DNA from: Spizellomyces punctatus DAOM BR117 | Lineage: Eukaryota | NCBI GenBank assembly: GCA_000182565.2 | Contig: KQ257463.1 | Direction: 5' to 3' (one strand) | DNA: 64,000 nt | In this document: positions 26,501 through 43,449 of the stretch, one piece after another | Layout of the letters: the number at the start of each line of letters is the position of its first letter | Numbering within the stretch: position 1 is the stretch's first letter | Translations under genes and position numbers: made by a program | The notes under the pieces: model-generated | Seen by the model: the letters and a program-made list of their open reading frames with translations, nothing else | What the model was told of the DNA's origin: nothing | Databases searched by the model: none

Positions 26501-28767
26501 GCAACTGTGTAATTTACCTGTCGATGAAAAAGTGAGCCTCCTCATTGTGCGGATATCGTCCCATGTTCCCGTCCGCGACTTACATCTCCGGCATAGTGCC
26601 TTACGCCAAAAACACCTTTCTGAGTTTTGGCCTTGATATAGTGAGGGTGCTTTAGGTGGGCTTGATCAAGTTTGCTTAGCCAAGAGTCGTCTGTGCCTTT
26701 GGGAAAGCGAGTTTCTTCATCCAGGAGGGAGAGAATGCCAGCGGGTTTGGCCTGTTGACGACGACAGTTATTAGCGGGTCCGGTTTGGAAGCGGTCACTA
26801 CGGCATATTATACCTCAATGAGTTCCAAACACAGTGCGTTATCTTGGAACTGAATCTTGTCCCATTTGATATCCTCTTTGTCGTACTATGAAGAAGTTAG
26901 CGGGCGACCAGGATTTTCAGAGTAGCTGCCTCAAACCATCATACCTCCTCTTGCTCGATTTTGAAGATGAATTGATTGAAAAACTGCTGTAATTTCTCGT
27001 TCGTGTAGTTGATGCAAAACTGTTCGAAGCTGTTCAGCTACGACAATGAAGAACACGGATTCAGTCGTCGTGCGCGGAGCGGTTTCTTGCACTATTACTG
27101 CCAAACCTTAAACACTGTAAAGCAAAAGATGATTGTTAATGCATTGTGGAGCACTAGAATTCGAATTGCTCTACACAACAAACCTTCGAAACCGAAGATG
27201 TCCAATACACCAACGAAATTTGCCGGTTTTTCTTTTGGAGTTAATGATTTGTTTATGAACTCCACCAATCTCTGGAAAAGACTATCGTACACCGCTTTTG
27301 CAAACGAATCTCTTGTATCATTGGCCTGGGAGCGACACTAGGTAGTCTTCCTTCTAGTACGCTAACATACACTGTACTCTGTTACCTGGTTGAGCTTGTA
27401 TGGGACCATAGATGTTTCTCCGCGAATCACCAATTTCTTAAAGCACAGAGCGGTCTTCAAATGCTCTCCATTGATCCCCATCAGTGAGGCAACCTTTTCT
27501 ATCACATCCATGTTGCGGACTTTGACCGACTCTTTGTTATCTTCCTCCTTAAATTCAATGTTTCCAATCCACAAGATTGCAGAGAGGGCACGGAAAAGAG
27601 CATCTTGATCTACTGGTGACATCTTCAACACAGTCAACGCCAGCTTCAGTCCTTCAAAGTTTTTGGAGTCATCGACGTAAGGTATTTCGATGCATCCGCT
27701 TTGATTGAGATAATAGTAACTGTCTGGTGCCTCTAACATGTACGACTGTCTTTCCGCATCGTTTACTCCAGCGACTAGCTCGTAAAAGATGTGGTAGTTA
27801 CGTTCGTCCGGCGCTTGCTTTGCAATGCGTGATTTCTCCAGCAGATAATTTACGATAGAGGCGCCAATGATTTGGGAGGACCGGTTGAAGTTTATTTGAA
27901 TAAACTTACCGAACCGAGAGGAGTTGTTATTTCGTACGGTTTTGGCGTTGCCTTTGTAGCATTTTAAGGAGAATATGATGAGACTCCAATGTGTCTGTAT
28001 TCAAATACTGGCCCATCCGGCAGTGTAACTCACCAAAACTCTCCAAAACTGTGTTGGCCTCCAAAATCTGCTGTTCAACCCATGACTCTTGGCTCTCTTT
28101 CGAAGTGACAGTGGTCAAGTACTGCAAGATCACTTTGGTGCTCTCCGATTTCCCAGCTCCAGATTCGCCGCTGATGATAACCGACTGGTTGATTTTGCTG
28201 TTCCGTACGTTTGCATAGGCTGTCTCGGCAATGGCGAAAATATGTGGCGGATTTTCGTTGTGGCGGCGATGTGTATATTGCTTGAGTATTGGCTGTGGAT
28301 GATTGTTGTGCGTATCATCAGTACAGAGTTTGCATCACGGCGGTAATAGCGCCAATTACTTACGAGGTTATATATGTCCATCTTCTCAAAAGGGTTAAGG
28401 GCCACGAGGATAGAGCCTGTGAATGTCTAAATCGGAGACGAATCGAGTTCAAACGGTTGCTCATGGCCACATAAACACCGTAGTCACCATCTTCTCACAT
28501 ATATTTTCCTCGCAGCGTATCTCTTCTTTAGGTTCTCCATAATTGCCCCCTCGGTCAGCTCCGACAGCGTTGTCATATCCTCCACGGTGTCCGCTACAGG
28601 AGCGACGTTGGGACATCAAGGCACAAGTGCATGATATACAATCCATCAGATATAATTCGGAAAGATGACAGCGATAGTGGGACGGACGGGGATGACACAA
28701 TAATCAGTCGCTGGTAAGCACTGCTCGCATCTGCTTCTCTCCAATGATGGGTAACATGCTTACCCAT
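20582..28767 (-). CDS. Unconventional myosin with IQ neck and two MyTH4-FERM modules (Myo22/Myo7-like class)
   Basis: Motor motifs [72 protein letters not shown] and [15 protein letters not shown]; about three IQ motifs; two MyTH4 domains ([23 protein letters not shown]), each followed by a FERM domain. The first coding exon is ATGG|gtaagc. Confidence 0.95.
25037..25072 (-). repeat. 18-nt tandem duplication encoding AGRQSV twice in the myosin tail
   Basis: CTACAGATTGTCTTCCAG followed by CTACCGATTGTCTTCCAG, one mismatch. Confidence 0.8.
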
Positions 28768-29773
28768 TTTGCCTGTATACTGGGTTTCTACTTCTTAGCT
28801 TGTCTATGTACTCCTGGCAGCAAGTCTCTTGCTGCAGCCTCTTAAAAGAGAAGGCCCACGGAAGAGCAAATGGGTGAGAAAATGGGCCGATCAAAGACAA
28901 GAGTCGATTCACAGCAAAGACCCAAGGTGTCAACTACATGAATTGGATCTTTCCTGGATCTTTCCTGTGCATAAGCCAAAATTCCTAAGTTTTCCAAAAT
29001 AGTAACACTAGCTTATGTATGCCTTTTGAGTTACGTGTAGTAGTGATCGGAACCGCTGCATTGGGGTCAACATAAACGTGCCGTGGAAACATGCAATAGT
29101 CCATTGGGATGAGAGAGCACATGGGACGATGTGACAAAGGGAGTATGTCTCTCGGCCTGCATATTGGGCTGTCAGTTAATATGGGATATGCTCAAAGTGC
29201 ATCGGAGATTTCTTACTTAAGCAAGCCGTAGTCATTCGACCCTTGCGTGCTGGATCTCTGGATATGAACTGCTAAAAAGAACTATACTTAATGGCAGAAT
29301 ATGAGAACCGTCAGGAGAGCGAGGAATCCCATTGCGGTATATGTCTTGGAGGGACCATTGAAATTATTTTGTCGATTTGCGGGGTCATGACGATGGGATG
29401 AAATCTGTCCGTCGCATGTGCGAGTAACGGGCTATTGAACTCTATTTATTGCCCAGTACTGCCCTACTCTAACATACACAATGCCTTGTTACCACGCCCT
29501 TCCACTTTCTAGTGTAATATAAGATGTCCATGCCGATCGTTTTGTTTCCTTGGCCGCAGCAGCATCAACCGATGACGCCATTTCTCGCTTACACCTGCTC
29601 CAGGTTCTTACAAAGTCAGAAAGAAAACAGATTAGGAGCAAAGTCAACGAGTATATTGCCAAAAAAGAAATGAACAGAAGATCATAATTGGTACATTCTA
29701 TAATACAAATACTTGTCCACGAAAATGCTGGGGCTTGTACACCGCCCCATTTCAGCTGAATACTCAGACAGCC

Positions 29774-30997
29774 TTATTGGCGAGAACCACCCATTGGAAT
29801 CCAGGTCTCTTCATTCCTGTTCAACCGTTCAGTCGACACAGAGGGTGTTCTTTCCTCATCATTCCTCAGACTTTCCTGGCCCATCGGTATTGCATATTCC
29901 CCAGTTCCGTCCTTGGTTGCCCCCTGCATATGCTCCCCATTGCTAATTGCCCCGCCTCCTACGCCATCAAAATTATGGCCACGACTCACCCCAGTAGCCA
30001 ACCGGTCGGTTTCAGCAGCTCCTCGTTGGTGTGGTTGCACCACGTCTTCAATAATCGCGCAATGGTATCGGTAATTGTAGGTTGCGACGATGGCACCAAC
30101 AATTCCGCCGACAAAAACGTCTTGCCAGCGATGCCAGTAGTCATCAACGCGGGATATTGAGATGAGGAAGGCTAATATAATAGGTAAAATCGTAATGATA
30201 TATTTTGGTGCGAGTGGAGCACGTTTAAAATTGAGATGCCGTGAAAGGTAAAGTGCTAGGAAGCCAAGGCCAGCCCAAGAGACTAATGACGATACTATCA
30301 TCAGCCTTACAGGAACGATGCCAAAGGTGGATGACTCGATACATACGACTAGAGTGTCCACTGAAAAAGCTCTTTCTGCCTTCTTTGACCTCCTTTTCGT
30401 CACCAGTACAGTACGCCACCATCCGTAGGGGATCATTCTCGACAAGGACGGGTTTACATCGGCTGAGAAAGTCTGGCCGCAGTCCACCAGTGGTGATTTT
30501 AACAACTTGGGTGAATAGGAGAGTGAATGCCAAAGCAACGCATAGTCCTAGCGTGTATATGCGCAAACAAGCGTGAAACAGTCAACAGATGGTAAATAAA
30601 AAGAATGACGCACCACAGCCCTACCTAACAACGACATGTGAGCGTCAAATACACTCCTCTTGAATAGCAGAGATATAACCAATATGAAAACAACGGGCAC
30701 TCCCACAGCCAGAACAGCCAATAGCCAGCTTGGCACAGTTTCATTCTTGTGAGGATATGCAATGGAAATGTCGGAGGCGAAAGCGACTCGCTGAAACGGC
30801 TGGACTAGTTCCAAAAGTGCAGCAGCGAGAGCCAATAATACAACGGCAACTATGGTGGAATGTGTAAAATGAATTAACAAAAAATTCAAGTGCATCAACA
30901 TGCTTCACAACGTACCCCACTCCCAAATACATTCTTTAATGAGATGCCACAGGTTGTTTGTGTGTATTGCATACAGGACGTGTGCCCGTGCCGGCAT
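29774..30997 (-). CDS. DPP1: PAP2-family lipid phosphate phosphatase (Dpp1/Lpp1-like)
   Basis: C1 motif KITTGGLRPDFL, C2 KSFFSGHSS, C3 SRVDDYWHRWQDV, several TM helices and ISIAYPHKNETVP. Confidence 0.9.
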
Positions 30998-33157
30998 GTT
31001 GAGTGGTGATATCGACCGTGAAGGAATAGTGAAAAAAGAAGAAGAGTTGCTGGCAGCCTTCCCAATGGCGTTGAAGAAGAGTTGGAAAGCAAGGCGGAGG
31101 AAAACGATCGGAGTCTTCCTTTTATCTAACCGCTGATGTAACTCACGTGGTGAGTAAACGTCATTGTAACGTACCTTCCATTGTGGAATTATTCTTTTTT
31201 ATTGTTTATGTTCATATGATGCCATTAGGCAATGCAAGCGAAAAGGTAACGAGGATAACGTTGTTGTTGGTTATCCAGCAGGTAAACGACGAATCAAGTG
31301 GACATTGCTTTGTTCATACTAGTAGCTTTTTGTAAAGCTGTTGGCTCGTGTTGCTTCCAGCAGTTCTTGTGTACTTGTTGAGGACTGGCCATAAACCACC
31401 AAAAGAGGGACTACAAGTGTGCTTGATGCATGTAAAAGACAGGATAGAATCTCCACGGGCCTGATCTCGTTGCCCCTGGGGGGATCGCTCGTATCGCTCA
31501 GGCATATGCAGCTAAAGCGCCTTTTTCCTGTGCATTATGTGTGACACCTCTAGTTCATGCCAGATGCATCTAATAAACTCTCCACAAACTTTTTATTTTC
31601 TCAATGATGGCTCCTTTTTGAAAGTATTTATTGAGCCTGTTGAAGCCAATTCTCTCAAGGAAAGGGCAAATACGTGCAGAAAACGAACGCTGGGACCCTT
31701 GTCACGCAAATGTTAATGTGGCCGCTAAACAGCATTAGGGGTTACGATATGCAAACAATAAAAAGGAATCAAAGAACGCTGGGGTTTCATGTCTTGGTTT
31801 TCGTTGCACGTCTTCCATCTGCGTGTCCCTGTGGGGGTCGGCAAAGTCTGAGAGACATTGCAAAGCAGGCATTGTAACAACGTCAGCGCTGGTTTCTTTC
31901 CTTGATTTAATGCATTGTCCACATCCTGTGACTGTCTGCTCTGCTTCGACTATCCTTTGCTTCTATGGCCAGTATGACATGCGCAGGCAGGCTTGGCTAT
32001 CTCATCGTGCAGCACAACAAATCTCACATCTTACCCGATGGAATTGACGGATCATAATCCCTTTGGCAGTTCACATCGTGGTTGTCAATACAAAGTACAC
32101 TACCGTTCCGTCGCAGTATGCAAGCTAATCCGTGTGTGAAGCGAGTCTTCCTTGGAGGTGACAATCCACAATACCAGCGCACAACAGTGCCCATGTCATC
32201 TATTCCAATGACTCTGCATGTTAATGAAATTATACCACTTTCGACACCATTTCATATAAAGAGGATGATGTGCCGTTTAACCTCCTTTGACACAACTTGG
32301 CCTGAGCGGCTGGAAGATTCATACGTGTTCCTCGCGTAGCCATCCGGAGTACGTACAACTCTCCAATCGCAAGCAGTGGGATAGCAAACGACTGAAAAGC
32401 CCTTTAAACTTATCCAAGATGAATTGGGACCGCTGGCGTCGTCCTTGGCTATTAGAGAGATGCTTCTTGCACTAAAGGAAGCCTTTTTCGCGGGAGACGC
32501 GGCAATGTCGTCGGGTGAGTTACTTGCATTCCCCTAATCCGAGCAGCAAGACCCAAAACCAAAATCTCTACTCGTGTGTTCTTGCAAACTGCTGGAGAAA
32601 CTGCTGGAGAAAACTGCATCGAGTTTGGAAAAAAAAAGATGGGCAGGAAAAGAAAGGACGAAGGCCCTTTTATAGCGTGGGTCACGGGGGCGTCCAAGAC
32701 CCCCTTTAATTGAAGGGCGCAAACCTACTTGCTCTTTCGACGTGCCATCTTGCTCTCCATTGCCTTCCAACAACACTCGCCCACACGTTACAATTACTAG
32801 CGGTGGACGGGACTTTTGGCGACTCCTCATAGCGGGACGTCAGGTATCCTGCGGTAAGCGGCAGCAGAGATTCCAGAGACACATCCTTTATCTTGGGCGT
32901 TTCAAAGAAGCGGCACGGCACGATTTGACAAAGTCACCCCACCGATGGGTGCAGAGTTGCTTGACGCATTATTCTCTCCTCAAGCGCTTCTTTGGAGTAT
33001 CATTGTTGACGCATCGCCAGTGTATTCATTAGCCTTGGAGGACTGTTCGACTCAGCTTTCCACGCCGGTTCGCGCGGAGCTGCGACCTTCGGAAAGCCCG
33101 TCCTCTGGCAAGATGATAAAACTTTGAGAGGCATTTCATTCTCGTTACAACGTTGTC

Positions 33158-38990
<5,833 letters not shown>

Positions 38991-40555
38991 CTAGATAGGT
39001 AGGAAGATATAAAAGTTTGGAATTAACAATAGGGGGCTCTAAGACACGGTTGAGAGAATGTGACTTTTGACCTAGACAAACTACGCTCTGGTCTGAGGGA
39101 GCTGTGTGTGTGTGGAGGCCGTGGTAGCTTTGTATGCGCTTGTTTTTATTTTTATTGGAAATGAATTCACACAGACAGCCTGCTTTCAAGTGGGTATGCC
39201 TATGGATCTTTTGGCCAAAAACGTTCTTTTATAACTTTCGGCAGTTGCTGAGGATATTTGAACAGTTTTGCATTCCGTTCCAGTCCGACATGAGTATCCA
39301 GCAATACTATGAATCGTCCCAATGCAAACTCTTGGATGTCAGGATGGCGACCAAAAATATCCAAGACTGTACTTCCGTGGTAGCAATTAAGCCCGTTGTT
39401 AAGATGTTGCTGGTCGTTACCGGTTTCTGATTTTCTAATTTACAAATGCCGTAATTCAGAGGTGAACTTGTTTCGTTGGCCAGTACATAAACTCCACTAC
39501 CTAGAAACTATCTCTTCCTGAATACAAGAATCAGACGAGCAAATCATTGACCACCCCATCCCAACCAGTTCTTCAAAAAACCGTCCACCACATCCTGCTA
39601 GTGTGATATAATGTTATCCCATAGACAAGGAAGGAACTTTTCAGCTGCATCTTTTGTACAAACCTTTTCTCCCGGCTTTCCGTTAGATTGACGGGGTGCC
39701 AGTTCACTGTGCCTGTTTAAGCCCTCGGTTGACGGCGATAAAGCAGAGTTTGGAGTCGTCAATGAGGTTGCCGAATCCGGACTATTCGGGCTTAATGGAC
39801 CCGGACGGGTATGATTCATGCGGGATGAGATGGTTACTCTCAGAATGTCCATGACCCACACTCTCCGTTAAATGGTTTTCAGGAGTAGAAAAAGAAAATA
39901 ACGAACGACAGAAACAAGCAATGTTCAATCGACGTCCCGTCCTACGTGGTTCCGGCCGCTAGAGACGAATACAAAGTACGGCATTCACCGGTTTTAAAAT
40001 TCAGCTTTTGCAAACGTTTGTTAGGACAACTAGAGTTTTCTGCGTTATTTGTAGGTTGAGCGCCTCACTATTAGGGTTTGACGAGGTGCGCGTCTTGCAT
40101 AATCAAAACCTGTGAACTAATCAACACCTTGCGCGGTTGCGCAGCGCAAAGCTCTTGAAACGTTTTTGGCCGTGTGTTTGAAGGGAAGCTGTCGTACAGC
40201 TAGCCCAAAGGAACGATGCGAATATTCGCTCAGCGCTGTGCAAGCAGCCATTGAGCATTCCTATGCTAGTAGAGTAACTTTGATGTTTCGATGATACTTT
40301 GGTTGATCTAATTACGCATTAGCGATGCATTCAAATGGGCAATGTTCTGACCGCTGAATAACAGCGAAAAAAAATTGTAGTAGGCAATGTCTATCACCAT
40401 CGCACCAACCACTTGGGGGGAGATACATGGATTGCAAGTCGCTGTACAGTTCAATTATGTATTCCTGCCAAAGACACAAGTAATGGATACAGAAAAGGTT
40501 ACCAGATGGCATCCCGATTTAGTTCCAGCGTATATACAAGTAACTTTTTTTCTCA

Positions 40556-43239
40556 TCATCTCAACCAAAGGGGAGTTGCGTTGGGCTTCTCCCCTCCAAG
40601 TGATGATGAACTAGCTAAATGTGAACCAGCATTTTCTGCTAATGAAACATCTCGCTGACTTCCACGCCCACGTCCGCTTCTAGATTCTGCAAAGTTTGGC
40701 AAGTACCCGCCGTTTAACTTTTCGGTTGACGACGTAGTGGAAAAATTCCCTGAAATATTATTTTGCGACGAGGGTTTCGTCAAAAAGTCCAATTTGTGTG
40801 ATTTCGCAGGTGTTGTAGTGTGTGAGATCTTTGAGGTCGTGACGTCGGAAGGTTGTACATGACTGGACGGTTTCGCCAACTCCATCTCTGGGTGCTGTTT
40901 ATCAGCAAGATCTGGCAGTGTGGTCAGGAACGTATTTGAACTCCTCACTGAGCCGGAACTCGGGAGGTCCTGCTTGGCCGCGGGAATATTGGTTGCAGAC
41001 GGAGTGCCATCTTGCATAACTTCGTGACTAGTGTGTTGTGGCGGTTTCAATGTTGCTTCATAAGATTTCTTTGCGTTCATTGATAATGGGTCTTGTTGAG
41101 GCTCCATCGAGGCAGTGGGTTTTGAGGTTGGTACAGGCGCAAAAAGATTAGGTTTGTGAATACTGGACTGTGCGATATGAGACTTGGCCTGCAAGCTCGG
41201 TTTTGACAATGCGCTAGGGAGATTTCCTTCCTGGTAGGTGTCTTGATTGGCAACTGAAGGTGGTGCATCCACATCTGGACTTGCCGGAAGTGTTGATTTC
41301 TTCCCCAAGGTCAGATGTTTGTTGACGGGTTTCGCAGACTGAAATGCCATATCAAGAATGCCTTCCGACTTTTCTTCCCCGCTTTGTGCAGATTCTTCTA
41401 CTATTCCGCTGATCTCCTCCTCGTAATTCCCGCCAGTACTGAGATCCAGGTCCTTTTGTTTTTCCGGAACTGAAGCATGAGATTCCTGCTGAGGTTTATC
41501 CACTACTCGAGCATTATTTGTCCTCGCTGTCGTTTTTAGGTGACTGGGAGAGAGGGACCGCGTGTCAGCTCTAGCTTTGTGTTTCTTTCCAATTCGGCCA
41601 TCAAGGCTCTGCCGGACAGTAGGAACAGTTTTATGCACAGCTGCTGGGCGCTGGAGGGTTTTGGGATGACTTTTTTCTTCGGTCCACTCGTGCTGAGCTT
41701 TCGTCTCATAGTTATCACTATGACTCGGCTTCCGCCTTTGTCGGGCACCCGCTTGCGCGTAGATCGACAATGCAGCATTCTCACGCTCACGATCCTTTGC
41801 AAAATCATCAAATCAGTACGGTCCCTTCTATCTAGGAGATACATACGGCGGTGACTTTAATTTACCTGCAATTTATGCACATTCGTCTGATACTTTTCAC
41901 GGAGTTCCTCCAATTCCGTCTGTCAAATCGGATGTGAGTTATTGGAGGTCCTGCTCGCCAAAACAACTTCTTCTCACCTGCAACAAAAGGATTTTCTTGT
42001 TTGCCTCTCGCAGATCACCGCTTTTTGCACCTTGTGTGTGCTTCAAAGTCTTTTCGAGCTCCTGTAACGGAGTGAAAGAAAAGGGTTAGGGTCACCTGGG
42101 ATTGAGCTTAAAAATCCCTCGCATACCAACCGCAATAGTATGGTCGCGGTTTACTACATCTTTTCTCAGCCTTTCAATCTCGTCCTTCAGTTTATCACTG
42201 TTTTCCAATTTCCTATTCTTGATCGTAGCTTGCATTGTGTGCACAAGCGTCTGTAAGCGAACGTTTTCTGCAACCTGTGCCTGCGCGTTGCGTTCGATGT
42301 GTCCCAGGCGCTCTTTGTCACGCAGTCGCTCTGTCTATAAATAATACGTTATGACTGGCCAACGACAAAGAACTGGCCGATAAACGCATCTGAGAAGTTT
42401 ACAAACCTTCAGCACGCGCAACTCATCGTTTAATGACCTGACAAGCGCTGGTAAATCACCCTGCTCTTTTCCCATCTGCTGAATAGCTTTATCTTGGCGG
42501 TGGTTCACCTATAGAGCATGTAAAACTCGCTAAGATATGACTATTGTGTCGTAGAATGCATCCAATGATCAACTTACGATCTTCATCGTTCGGCGTTCTT
42601 CATAGAGTTTCGCGATCTGGACCTTTTGTTCATCTATGATCCCCACTAACCGTGCAATTTCATCAAAGTTTGCGGCTGCCGCTAAAGACGCAGGATTAAT
42701 TCCGGCAGGTCGGGGACGACTTGAGTATGGCGGAAATATGGATGTTGACTTGCTGTGTTTCCGAGCTGAAAGATGTCTTAACGTTTCAAGATCCGTTCTG
42801 TTAAAAAAGACCGGGATTTATGAACCCACCTACTGTGGAACCTCGTACAATACTGCTATTAGATTTTTTAAAAGGTGGCATTTTTTTTCCGGCAGAGCCT
42901 ACTGCAGATTCTTTGGGTAAGCCAGGTCGCATTCCGATACGAAGAGGTCAATTTGCCCACCAACCTTGCCGTCCCTGTTTGGCGGCCGGGGACCTTTCTG
43001 TGGGACCATGGGAGCCTTTGGGTGCTCGTGAGAAGACTGAAGCAATTGAGGACCACATAACTGCATTTCAGCGCTCATTGAAGCCAATTTCTCGTACCAA
43101 TATTGCCTGGTGGTTGCTGTTGGCTCTTTCTTCGGTACGCTTCGTGGACCGGAAAGTCCGACAAGGAGTCATCCTGCAGATGCTCTACCCTCTTGTCAAA
43201 AGGAGGCTCCTCAAAGTCTGCATCGTATTCGTCGGCCAT
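40556..43239 (-). CDS. LCA5: Lebercilin (LCA5/LCA5L)-like ciliary coiled-coil protein
   Basis: The spliced coiled coil EERRTMKI|VNHRQDKAIQQMGKEQGDLPALVRSLNDELRVLK...KL...DKL..E..RL...ELEKTL...KLQ|DRERENAALSIYA follows the lebercilin pattern (RQEKAL...LP.L...H..E...LK...KEREL...NIY). A disordered tail follows. Confidence 0.7.
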
Positions 43240-43449
43240 TGTAACCGGCAGACTGTAGTAAAAGCAATGGGAGTTACTTAAAGATCTACAGTACATACAT
43301 GGAGCGGATCTCAGCTTATTTAAGCTAACCAGTGAGGTTCGAAACCGCTTCGAACGCATTCCACAAACCAAGCAGCCGATGACGCATGCTGGAGAACTGA
43401 AGGCAAGCCCAAATACAATTGCAATTCCATCCCATTTATTTCATCAAGC

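Noticed and set aside
28945-28968. GGATCTTTCCT direct repeat (and similarly the CTGCTGGAGAAA repeat near 32589)
   Set aside because: Two-copy slippage repeats with no array structure or element ends.
43330-43360. GGTTCGAA as a tRNA T-loop or B-box
   Set aside because: No cloverleaf, acceptor stem or A-box can be built around it.
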